A stretch of DNA of 64,000 nucleotides from Promethearchaeota archaeon (GTDB lineage: Archaea > Asgardarchaeota > Lokiarchaeia > Sigyniarchaeales > SOKP01). A program made the translations under genes and the position numbers. The notes under the pieces were generated by a model that did no database searches, was not told the DNA's origin, and worked only from the letters and a program-made list of their open reading frames with translations. The stretch covers positions 32,001 to 96,000 of the forward strand of contig JAUVNS010000003.1 in the NCBI GenBank assembly GCA_030599585.1. Reading direction: 5' to 3'. This document shows positions 38,948 through 48,427 of this stretch, one piece after another; within the stretch, counting starts at the first letter, position 1; every line of letters begins with the position of its first letter.

Positions 38948-40201
38948 ATGTCAGTTGATATCTCTAAAATTATTAAAGTATTTTCGAAATTTTTAGATCC
39001 AAAATTAGCGAAAGAGGGAAAGTTGAAGACTATTGATGAAATCAAGAAGCTTCCATTGAACTCATTCAAATTTATGTCTAAAGAAGATGTAAAACAACTA
39101 AAAGAAGTACTAAATTTATCTACTATTGAGGATACTTCCAAATTAGATCGAGAGAACCCTTTTGTTAAGTTAAAGAAAATTAAATCTACCAAAGATTCTA
39201 GTAAAGATGCTAAACTACAAAAAGAAATCGAGGGGAAAGCTGCAGCAATACGAATAGAAAATCCCGATCTTGTAAAAGCATTGAACAAAGCAATCATAAT
39301 TAGCTCGATAATAACAAATTTAACCGATGCGGATGAAATCGTTACTGAGAAATCTGCTCAAAAAATTATTGTTATTGGATTAGATAACGCTGGCAAAACT
39401 GCAATTTTGAACAAGTTTGGAGGGCGGTTAGGCATTAGCGATTTGGCAAACTTGAAACCAACTAAAGGTGTCGATCGCCGTCATATCAAGGCAGAAAATT
39501 CTGACTTAGATTTGTTTATCTGGGATTTCGGTGGTCAGGCACAATATAGATCTAAATATTTAAAAAATCCAGAACAATACTTTTTGCAAGTTGATTTATT
39601 AATTTATGTCATTGATATACAAGATTCTGAGAGGTTTCCAGAATCTTTTGAATACTTCGAGCAAATTCTAAAGACACTCACAATTTTAGAAGAAGACCCC
39701 TTTGTATTAATATATATACATAAATTCGACCCAGATTTAAAGCATGACACTGAAACACTTCTTAACATCGAACTTCTGAAAGATAATTTAAACCAGTCAT
39801 TAACTTCTTTTGGATACGATTACGAAGCTTATCTAACTTCAATCTACTCTTTAATTACTAACGAACCCGAGTTTTCTAAATATCTTAAAGAAGTTATGAA
39901 ATCAACCGACTCTTTAACTAACCCCACTCTAAGGAAAGTAGAAGGATTAGGAAAAACTTTAGAAGAAACTATGAATGCTGTTATTCGACTCTCTGAAAGT
40001 CTTTCAAGGCAATTATCTGATATAGATAGTAGATTGAGGGCCATCGAAAGTGGTGCATTTCAAATGGCTCAGAATGGCATCCCCATAGGACTATCACCAC
40101 CTAATCAAGCTTCAGTTCCCGGTAGGCCTGGGGATTCAAGGTTAAAAGTTCTTGACGAATTAAAGTTGTTGTTCGATAAAAAGAAAAAGTTAAACCTATA
40201 G
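38948..40201 (+). CDS. Arf/Rag-like GTPase with an N-terminal HhH-like domain and a C-terminal coiled coil
   Basis: GLDNAGKT, PTKG, WDFGGQ..YR, HKFD, TSIY. Confidence 0.9.
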   Translation: MSVDISKIIKVFSKFLDPKLAKEGKLKTIDEIKKLPLNSFKFMSKEDVKQLKEVLNLSTIEDTSKLDRENPFVKLKKIKSTKDSSKDAKLQKEIEGKAAAIRIENPDLVKALNKAIIISSIITNLTDADEIVTEKSAQKIIVIGLDNAGKTAILNKFGGRLGISDLANLKPTKGVDRRHIKAENSDLDLFIWDFGGQAQYRSKYLKNPEQYFLQVDLLIYVIDIQDSERFPESFEYFEQILKTLTILEEDPFVLIYIHKFDPDLKHDTETLLNIELLKDNLNQSLTSFGYDYEAYLTSIYSLITNEPEFSKYLKEVMKSTDSLTNPTLRKVEGLGKTLEETMNAVIRLSESLSRQLSDIDSRLRAIESGAFQMAQNGIPIGLSPPNQASVPGRPGDSRLKVLDELKLLFDKKKKLNL

Positions 40202-40261
40202 CTTTTTTTAAACAAACTTGTAAATAATGCTTGGTATATATTTTTTATTTAAAATCTAAGC

Positions 40262-40975
40262 CTATTTTGATTTACTGTAAAGTTCCACAATCAATTTGCG
40301 GATGGCTAAGTAAGTGATTATACTTAACAGTCCAATAACTAATATCAAATAAAATACATTTTCAAAAAGTAGGGGATTAATTACTTGGATGTAAATATTT
40401 CCTATATTAAATTGCTCAAAAAAAATCAGTAGACTATGTAAAAGAGGAACTAAAACGAATCTCGCTACTAAAAAACCGAAAATACCTATGAAAACTCCAC
40501 AAATTACATCACTTGGGTAATGAACTCCTAATTGAATTCTAGAAAAAGATACAAATATAACAATAAGTACAATGATAATTACCATCATCGGTGTGTTTAA
40601 CAACGAAGCAAATAGAAGTCCTTGAGACGCCACATTATATGAATGCCATGATGGAAAACTTCTAGAGGTTGGTTCTCTTTCGAGTACTTTAATATTTTTT
40701 AATGCTTCAAAAGGTCTCTCTCTACCTATAAGTTTTTTTATAGGGGCAATTATCAATACGCCGATTAAAAAAACAGCTGAAATGCTTGAAAACAAAAAGG
40801 AATCGTAAAATATGAATAAATAAAAAACCATTAACAACATCCATAAAGTCTCTCTTCCCAGAAACGAAATAATCTTTAATAGACGAGTAAATAACATTCC
40901 ACCAAATCCAATATATTTTAAAATAACCCTTTTATCCCAGGCATCAATGTTCTTTAATATTAAATCTGGTTTCAT
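40262..40975 (-). CDS. PAP2-family membrane phosphatase
   Basis: K....RERP, SFPSWH, SRIQLGVHYPSD. Confidence 0.92.
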   Translation of the reverse strand: MKPDLILKNIDAWDKRVILKYIGFGGMLFTRLLKIISFLGRETLWMLLMVFYLFIFYDSFLFSSISAVFLIGVLIIAPIKKLIGRERPFEALKNIKVLEREPTSRSFPSWHSYNVASQGLLFASLLNTPMMVIIIVLIVIFVSFSRIQLGVHYPSDVICGVFIGIFGFLVARFVLVPLLHSLLIFFEQFNIGNIYIQVINPLLFENVFYLILVIGLLSIITYLAIRKLIVELYSKSK

Positions 40976-40988
40976 GTTTCATATCCCT

Positions 40989-41783
40989 TCAATATGTTAT
41001 ACCTAAAAATTTATAAGCATCTTTGACTTCAGAAATGTTTTCTTGGAAATTTTCAACCGAATGAGAATCTGATCCAACGAAAAATCTAGCTCTTTCTTTT
41101 CTTAACTTCTTAGCAATTTCCCTAGAAGGAAAAGGGCGATCAATGGGAAAACGTAAACCTGATAAGTTATATTCAATCTTAATTTTGTTTTTAATACATA
41201 AACGCCCCAAGTTAAGAACTCGTTCATCTGAAATATCGCAATCCTCTAACGGTTTAATATCATGTTCGTTTATGTATCGATAAATTGTATCGATGTGACA
41301 TATATTCTTGAAAATTTTTGATTCGATCATCATCCTGCTGATCTCAAAGTAATCGTCTATGACTTTTCTCATTTGAACTTTCTCTAACAATTGAAGCAAT
41401 TTAGTTCGTGAAGTAATAGGATATTGGTATACCCATTCATGCAGAGTACCACTAATAAAATCGAGTTCTCTTCCATAGTCATCCATAAATTCTAATAATT
41501 CGATTTCCCTGTCCCGATAATACTCTAACTCGAGACCGCTGAGGATAAACTTATATGTTCCCTTCAAATCGTCAAATTCTTCAAGGTAATCGTCTATCTT
41601 GTCATTATAGAAGGGATTTGATTTGTCTCTTTCGATAGAATAAAGTTCGTAATGCTCGAGAAAACATATGTTAATTTCATTTTCTTCTGCAATTTTGATG
41701 TAATCGTTGAAGTTTGGACCATCTTCTGATATGTCTGAGCTCCAGTTTGTATGTACGTGATAATCAGTATATTTAAATTTCAT
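40989..41783 (-). CDS. PHP-family phosphatase (HisJ/HisK histidinol-phosphatase-like)
   Basis: DYHVHT, EH, GLE, HID, GSDSH. Confidence 0.88.
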   Translation of the reverse strand: MKFKYTDYHVHTNWSSDISEDGPNFNDYIKIAEENEINICFLEHYELYSIERDKSNPFYNDKIDDYLEEFDDLKGTYKFILSGLELEYYRDREIELLEFMDDYGRELDFISGTLHEWVYQYPITSRTKLLQLLEKVQMRKVIDDYFEISRMMIESKIFKNICHIDTIYRYINEHDIKPLEDCDISDERVLNLGRLCIKNKIKIEYNLSGLRFPIDRPFPSREIAKKLRKERARFFVGSDSHSVENFQENISEVKDAYKFLGITY

Positions 41784-41832
41784 AATTATATAATTCTAAA
41801 AATGAAATAAAGAAGTTAAAAATATTTATTAT

Positions 41833-43731
41833 TCAGTCCATAGAATTCTCCCTGTCGAAAAAAACTTCATAAAACAATTCTTTTTCTCCCGCCTCGGGAG
41901 GATTTATCTTCGTATAACCTCCTTTCCTTATAATTTGCACAGTACTTTTATTTTGAATGTGAATGTTTCCGTAAAATCCTTTTATGCCCTTTTCCTTTGC
42001 TATAATTATAAGATGTTGGTATAAGAATGATCCTAACCCCTTCCCTCGATAGTCCTCCCTGACTAAAAAGCTATATTCTGCCATATTTAGCTTAGGATTT
42101 AAGTAATAAGTCGCGTTACCGACCATTTCCTCTTTTCTTACATCACCGATAAAAGCTCCAATTGAAAAAACATTGTTATAATCAATATTAACTTCGTTTT
42201 GCGTCTTTGAATGGGTGAATTCTTTTCTAACTTCGAAAAATCGCAAATATCGATCTGTTTCATTTAAAGAATAATACAAATCTTTTAATAGCGACTCATC
42301 TGTAGTCTTTACTGGGCGAATTTGAATCTTCTCTCCTCCTCTTAGAGTAGATATGGTCACATACTCTGAAGGGTATCTGCAAATTCGTCCTTCTTCGTCG
42401 CATGGTAAAATCTGATCAGAATAAACATATTTCAACTTTTTAGCTTCATCTAACAGCCATTGACGAAAATCAGGATGAGCGACGCATATTAATTCGAGCA
42501 CTCGCTCTCTAATCGTCTTTCCATGAAGATAAGCTACTCCCCATTCAGTTACGACATAATGTGCATCTCCTCGAGATAACATTACTCCCGCACCTTCATC
42601 TAGATGAGGTAAAATCCGGGATTTTTTACCATCACGAGAGACGGATGGCATAATTATTATGGGTTTCCCTCCTTTAGAAAAAGCAGCACCTCTCATAAAA
42701 TCGATGGTCTCTCCTATGCCATTATAGAATCCATATCCTTCAGTTGCTGCGTTTACTTGTCCCGTAAGATCAATTTGTCGAGCTGAGTTGATTGAAACCA
42801 TTTTCTTATTCATTCCTATATACCTAGGATTACATACATAGTCTGAGGGGTAGAATTCGATGTAGGGATTATTATCTACAAAATCGTACAACTTTTTGCT
42901 TCCCAGAGCGAAACTTGTAATAATTTTTTCAGGATGAAAGTTTTTTTTTCTGCTAGTCAATACCCCTTGTTCGATTAAAGGAATAACATTGTCCGTAATA
43001 TAAAGTGAATGCATTCCTAAGTCTTTTTTATCCACTAAAAATTTCAATGCAGCGTTTGGTAAATCGCCAAATCCCACATGAATAGTTGATTTATTTTCTA
43101 TAATATTTGATAAATTTCTTCCTATTTTTTCGGCAATTTCGTCCGGTTCATCGAAATGAAATTCTAACAAAGGTACGTCGTTAACAACAAAATGATCAAT
43201 TTCTTTCATGTGAATAAAACTATTACCTAACGTTCTTGGCATTTGAGGATTCATCTCAACAATGTTTAAAAAAGCTGATTGTGCTAAAGGTTTTGCTATG
43301 TCCACATTAATCCCAAGAGAACAGAATCCATAAGAATCAGGGGGTGTAGCTTGTATAAGAGCAACATCAATATGTTTTCTACCCGTTAAAAATAGTTTGG
43401 GTATTTCACTTGCGTATATAGGAGTATAATCGGCTTGTCCTTTATTAATTTCCTCGCGAAGAGTTTTTCCAATGAATAGTGCATTATGTCTAAAGAGATC
43501 TTCAATTTTATCTTTGAAATATTTCTCTGGGCCAATAGTTAAGAAATGAAGTATTTCAGTATCTATTAACTTCTCAGATTGCTTTATCAATTCTGAAGTG
43601 AGTAATTGTGGTCTCGAGCATCCAGAACCTATAAAAACTCTATTGCCTGGTATAATTTTTTTTATCGCATCCTCAGCAGTAATCTCCTTATCCTTCCACT
43701 TTTCCCGCCATTCTCCATTTGATGAGTCCAT
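41833..43731 (-). CDS. Fusion of an acetyl-CoA hydrolase/transferase (4-HB CoA-transferase-like) domain and a Pat-type GNAT
   Basis: PPDSYGFCSLG, N..MPRTLG, INSA..IDLTGQ, YVVTEWG, AHPDFR, followed by GNAT motifs IRP...D, YLRFF, IDY, AEYSFLV..YRGKGLG. Confidence 0.92.
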   Translation of the reverse strand: MDSSNGEWREKWKDKEITAEDAIKKIIPGNRVFIGSGCSRPQLLTSELIKQSEKLIDTEILHFLTIGPEKYFKDKIEDLFRHNALFIGKTLREEINKGQADYTPIYASEIPKLFLTGRKHIDVALIQATPPDSYGFCSLGINVDIAKPLAQSAFLNIVEMNPQMPRTLGNSFIHMKEIDHFVVNDVPLLEFHFDEPDEIAEKIGRNLSNIIENKSTIHVGFGDLPNAALKFLVDKKDLGMHSLYITDNVIPLIEQGVLTSRKKNFHPEKIITSFALGSKKLYDFVDNNPYIEFYPSDYVCNPRYIGMNKKMVSINSARQIDLTGQVNAATEGYGFYNGIGETIDFMRGAAFSKGGKPIIIMPSVSRDGKKSRILPHLDEGAGVMLSRGDAHYVVTEWGVAYLHGKTIRERVLELICVAHPDFRQWLLDEAKKLKYVYSDQILPCDEEGRICRYPSEYVTISTLRGGEKIQIRPVKTTDESLLKDLYYSLNETDRYLRFFEVRKEFTHSKTQNEVNIDYNNVFSIGAFIGDVRKEEMVGNATYYLNPKLNMAEYSFLVREDYRGKGLGSFLYQHLIIIAKEKGIKGFYGNIHIQNKSTVQIIRKGGYTKINPPEAGEKELFYEVFFDRENSMD

Positions 43732-43850
43732 ATTCTACACTTTAAGGCTCTAATTTTATTTTGTTTAAAATTTTCCTTTATTATCAAAAATAGTTAAGTC
43801 CTATATCTTTAATATTTTTACTTTAACTTTTTAAGGTAATTCTCTTGGAA

Positions 43851-44156
43851 TTACCTGTTTTTAAAAACTACTGAAAAATAAATAACTCCACTGCCAGAAA
43901 TAACACACCAAATCAATGAAGGGATTAAAAAAACAAGGCGCTGCTCAAAATCTACGGACGGGGAAATTATGTTAAAAATTATTGATAATAATGACGAAAT
44001 AAACATAAACCCCCCAAAAAAGATCATGAATATAATAATAAGTGATTTCGAACTCTTCTTTCTACTCTCAATCATGACACAATTAGCACAAATTCCTATC
44101 TTTTCCTCAAAACCACCCTCGACGAGTTCTTGATCGCAAACTTCGCAATTTAACAT
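43851..44156 (-). CDS. Small membrane protein with a C4 Zn-finger and two TMs
   Basis: CEVC...CANC followed by two hydrophobic helices. GGAG lies upstream of the ATG. Confidence 0.7.
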   Translation of the reverse strand: MLNCEVCDQELVEGGFEEKIGICANCVMIESRKKSSKSLIIIFMIFFGGFMFISSLLSIIFNIISPSVDFEQRLVFLIPSLIWCVISGSGVIYFSVVFKNR

Positions 44157-44544
44157 TATTCTTACTCCATATTATAATTAAATAAAAAGATTATACGATT
44201 ATTTAAAATTCTATTCAAATGAAAACGAATCTTTTCAATAAATTAAAGATTTTCTAATCGATTTATTTTTAATAATTATTAATAAAATTAATCTCTATAA
44301 CTCATAAACAAACTCTAAAAAGAGATTTTGAAAAAAACTTACTTCTCCCATTCCTTAATAAATTAAAGATAAAATGTTTAAATTGAATTCGAAATATTTA
44401 CTCCATGACTTAATACAACCATTTAATTTCTAAAAATTTAAATGTGATGAGAAGGAAAAGAAATCTTTAAAGTTTTTTAAGAATTTAATAAACCAAGAAA
44501 TTTAATTATACAAATTAAGTAGAAATTCAAATTAGTGAAATGTA

Positions 44545-46527
44545 ATGTCAAAAGAAGATAACAAAATGAGAAGTGTTCTAACTGAAAATCGAATTTTTGA
44601 CCCTGTAGAAGTCAGCCCCGAATATGCTAAGACTGGAATGTCAATGGACGAATATAAAAAACTCTACAAGCAATCCATCGAAGATATGGAAGGATTCTGG
44701 GGAGAACAAGCAAAATCGCTTGATTGGTTCAAACCTTACGATAAAGTGTGGGAAAAAACCGATCTCTTTCCGGGAAAATGGTTTGTGGGCGGAAAACTCA
44801 ATGTTTCTTATAATTGTATTGATAGACATGTGAACGCTGGAAATGGAGATCGCATTGCTATCATATGGGAAGCAGACGAGCCCGGTCAAGTAAGAAAATT
44901 TACTTACAACGAGCTTTTAAAAGAAGTAAGTAAAGTCGCTAACGCTATGAGGAGTAAAGGACTTAAGAAGGGTGATAGAGTCACAATATGGTTGCCGATG
45001 ATTCCTGAGTTAGCTATTATTATGCTGGCTTGCACTCGAATTGGTGTCATTCACTCCATCGTCTTCGGTGGTTTCTCAAAAGAAGCTGTCAAAGATAGAA
45101 TCGAAGACTCTGATTCGCGCTTATTATTTACTAGCGATGAAACCTTAAGGGCTGGTAAAACTTATCCTAAAATGGCTGATGTCGTTAAAATAATAGATAA
45201 AGTTCCAACAATTGAACATGTTATTGTCGTTAAACGAACAGGGAACGAGGTCCCTCACACTGATAAAGATATTTGGTACCACGACTTTATAGATGGCGTG
45301 AGTGAAGAATGTGAACCTGAACAAATGGATTCGGAAGATACCTTATTTATACTCTATACAAGCGGAACCACCGGAAAACCTAAAGGCGTTAACCATACAA
45401 CAGCAGGTTATATTCTTCATACATCATTTACTCATAGAGTCGTATTCAACTACAAGGAAGGCGAAATTTGGTATTGTACAGCAGACATAGGTTGGATAAC
45501 GGGTCATAGTTATATCGTATATGGTCCTTTAGCCAATGGAGCAACAACTCTAATGTTTGAAAGCGTACCGACTTATCCCAACGTCGATAGATTTTGGGAT
45601 ATCGTGGAACGCCACAAGGTCAACCAATTTTATACCGCTCCAACCGCCATACGTGCCCTTATGAGACACGGTGATGAGCCCGTTAATAGACACGATTTAA
45701 GCTCTTTAAAAGTTCTCGGGACCGTAGGAGAACCGATAAACCCAGAAGCATGGACTTGGTACCATAGAGTTGTGGGAAAAGAACGATGTCCGATTGTAGA
45801 CACCTACTGGCAAACTGAAACGGGAGGTTTTATTATGACTCCTATAGCTACGGCAACCCCAACAAAACCTGGATCATGTTGCTTGCCTTTCCTTGGTATT
45901 AAACCCATAATTTTCGATTTGGAAGGTGACGAGATCACCGAAGCAAACGAAGGTGGCTATTTTGCAATAGGACAACCATGGCCAGGAATGTTAAGAGATG
46001 TTTGGGGAGATACAGAGAGATTTAAATCTACATATCTCGAAAAATACCCCGGATATTATTACACTGGTGATGGAGCACGACGAGATGACGATGGTTATTA
46101 TTGGATACTCGGACGATTGGACGACGTTATAAAAGTATCCGGACACCGCATAGGAACAATGGAAGTGGAATCTGCTTTAGTGAGTCATCCAAAAGTAGCT
46201 GAAGCTGCTGTTGCACCTTTTCCACATAAAATAAAAGGGCAAGCTATTTGGGCGTTCGTGACATTAATGGGTGGAGTCGAAAAATCAGCCAAATTATCGA
46301 AAGAGCTTCGAATGCATGTTAGACAAGAGATTGGGCCTGTATTTCAGCCAGATGTTATTCAATTTGCTGACGCCTTACCAAAGACGAGAAGCGGTAAGAT
46401 TATGCGCAGGATTCTTAAAGCCATAGCTTCAGGAACAGAAATCGGTAATGTTACGACCTTAGCAGATCCTTCAGTAGTCGATGTTTTGCTTGAAGAGCGT
46501 AAGAAAATGGATGTCGAAGTAGGTTAA
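44545..46527 (+). CDS. acs: Acetyl-CoA synthetase (AMP-forming)
   Basis: YTSGTTGKPKG, CTADIGWITGHSY, VGEPINPEAW, DTYWQTETGG, GRLDDVIKVSGHR, LPKTRSGKIMRR. Confidence 0.97.
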   Translation: MSKEDNKMRSVLTENRIFDPVEVSPEYAKTGMSMDEYKKLYKQSIEDMEGFWGEQAKSLDWFKPYDKVWEKTDLFPGKWFVGGKLNVSYNCIDRHVNAGNGDRIAIIWEADEPGQVRKFTYNELLKEVSKVANAMRSKGLKKGDRVTIWLPMIPELAIIMLACTRIGVIHSIVFGGFSKEAVKDRIEDSDSRLLFTSDETLRAGKTYPKMADVVKIIDKVPTIEHVIVVKRTGNEVPHTDKDIWYHDFIDGVSEECEPEQMDSEDTLFILYTSGTTGKPKGVNHTTAGYILHTSFTHRVVFNYKEGEIWYCTADIGWITGHSYIVYGPLANGATTLMFESVPTYPNVDRFWDIVERHKVNQFYTAPTAIRALMRHGDEPVNRHDLSSLKVLGTVGEPINPEAWTWYHRVVGKERCPIVDTYWQTETGGFIMTPIATATPTKPGSCCLPFLGIKPIIFDLEGDEITEANEGGYFAIGQPWPGMLRDVWGDTERFKSTYLEKYPGYYYTGDGARRDDDGYYWILGRLDDVIKVSGHRIGTMEVESALVSHPKVAEAAVAPFPHKIKGQAIWAFVTLMGGVEKSAKLSKELRMHVRQEIGPVFQPDVIQFADALPKTRSGKIMRRILKAIASGTEIGNVTTLADPSVVDVLLEERKKMDVEVG

Positions 46528-46531
46528 ATTA

Positions 46532-46554
46532 TTTTTTTTATTTCTTTTTATTTT
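46532..46554 (+). terminator. Oligo-T terminator after acs
   Basis: T8 plus further T runs immediately downstream of the stop. Confidence 0.55.
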
Positions 46555-46606
46555 AAATGAACAAGAATAAGCTGATTCGTAGCATTTGGAAACGAAGAAT
46601 AATCCC

Positions 46607-48148
46607 CTATATGAGTTTATTCAAGAAAGTTACCAAAAATTTCCAAATTTTTAGAACACTACTAACTTTTAAACGCTCATCTGTAGAATGAGCTCCTAAG
46701 ATAGTTGGTCCGATGGCTATTATTTCTAATTGAGGATTATGTTTTTTAAAATCCGCACATTCCAAGCCTGCATGAATTGCCTCTATATTTATGTCTTCTC
46801 CAAAGATTTCTCTATATGTATTTTTAGCGATATTTGAAATCTTAGAATTAAAATCTGGAGCCCATTCTGGACCACCTTGATAATTGTAAAATTTATATCT
46901 CAACCCCGAAAGCTCTAGTAACGAATTCACTTTTTCATGGAGCATTTTTATTCCGTATTGACTGAAACTTCTATAACATATGCCAAATTCAATTCTAGAC
47001 CTCATTGATCGAATGGGGCCGATATTATTTGAAGTATGTACTAGATCTCGTTTTTGTGAGTGAAAACAATATGGGCCATACGGCATTAAATATAAAATAT
47101 TTAAGAGTTTATTTTGGCAATCCTTGGAGAAGTAAGTATAATCTGTGAAATCCTTTAATTCTTCTAAGGAAATTACTATATTTTTTTCAATTCCTTTGAA
47201 GTGATGTTGGATATTACTACATATTTTCATGACTTGATCTTTGATTTCAGAATAATTTCCTCTCTCAATAAATACGGTAGCTTCAGAGTTTTTAGAAATA
47301 GATGTTTCCCACGATCCACCTTTAAATGAATTAAGATAAATTTTATCTTCTCTATTTAATTTCCAAAGGAGTTGAGTAAGAATTTTTATTGGATTTGCTC
47401 TACCTTCATGTATATCACCTCCAGAGTGGCCACCAACTAATCCCTTTACAGATATTTTTACTGGTAATAAAATCTCTTTTTCTTCAGCTAAGGAGATTCT
47501 TTTCATTTTTATACCAGCTTTATAAACCATAAAGGCAGCACTCCCTATTGTAAATACATTTTCCTTTTCAGAATCGAGATTTATTAAATAATCTCCTTTT
47601 AATAGGTCTTTATTTATAAAAATAGCACCCTCACCACCCCATTCTTCGCTAACAGTAAATAACAATGTAATGTCAGTAAAATCATAATTTAACTCTTTCT
47701 CGTGAATCTTCTTCATTAAGGTTAGCTGGTATGCGATACCAACCCCATCATCTGCTCCTAATGTTGTTCCTTTAGCAGTAATCCATTTTTCGTTATCAAT
47801 CTCATACAATTGTAAATTCAAAGGATCTTTTGAAAAATCGTGTTCAACTGTATCATCTTTTACATATACCATATCCATATGACTTTGTATAATTATCTTA
47901 GTATGATTAGTTAAGGCCTTATTCGTAGAAGGAATCATAACTGCAATATTTTTTATCTCATCGATTATCGTTTGAAACCCGAATTTGTCTGCTTCATTTT
48001 TTATAAATTCTCTGATTTGATCTTCTTTACATGAGTCTCGTGGGATTTTACTAACTTTTTTAAAATAATCCCAAAAATCTGCTGGTTCACCTAATTCTTT
48101 TAAATTCTGTAGGTTTTTCCTACTTAAATTTGATTTCATTCTCATCAA
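46607..48148 (-). CDS. pepD: Aminoacyl-histidine dipeptidase (M20C)
   Basis: QSHMDMV, TTLGADDG, SEE, NLDSE, GGHSGGDIH, IHAGLEC, HSTDE. Confidence 0.92.
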   Translation of the reverse strand: MMRMKSNLSRKNLQNLKELGEPADFWDYFKKVSKIPRDSCKEDQIREFIKNEADKFGFQTIIDEIKNIAVMIPSTNKALTNHTKIIIQSHMDMVYVKDDTVEHDFSKDPLNLQLYEIDNEKWITAKGTTLGADDGVGIAYQLTLMKKIHEKELNYDFTDITLLFTVSEEWGGEGAIFINKDLLKGDYLINLDSEKENVFTIGSAAFMVYKAGIKMKRISLAEEKEILLPVKISVKGLVGGHSGGDIHEGRANPIKILTQLLWKLNREDKIYLNSFKGGSWETSISKNSEATVFIERGNYSEIKDQVMKICSNIQHHFKGIEKNIVISLEELKDFTDYTYFSKDCQNKLLNILYLMPYGPYCFHSQKRDLVHTSNNIGPIRSMRSRIEFGICYRSFSQYGIKMLHEKVNSLLELSGLRYKFYNYQGGPEWAPDFNSKISNIAKNTYREIFGEDINIEAIHAGLECADFKKHNPQLEIIAIGPTILGAHSTDERLKVSSVLKIWKFLVTFLNKLI

Positions 48149-48427
48149 ACATCTTTAAAATGTCGCTAAGGATAAAACAATATTTAGATATTTAACATTT
48201 TTCCTTTGATATTTTAGAATTTTTTAAATCTTCAAGGAAAACATCCTTTTTCTTTAGAGGAAAATAAAAATCATCAATTAAGTAAAGAAATAAAAAACTT
48301 ATTAAGCGTGTATGAACGCGTTTATTGGGCTTTTTAACTTATTATTCATTTTACTTCTAGATTAAGAAGTTGTTTCATTTTACCAATTTTTATTTATCAC
48401 ATATAAGGCTGGTAGGGGTTATCCTTC

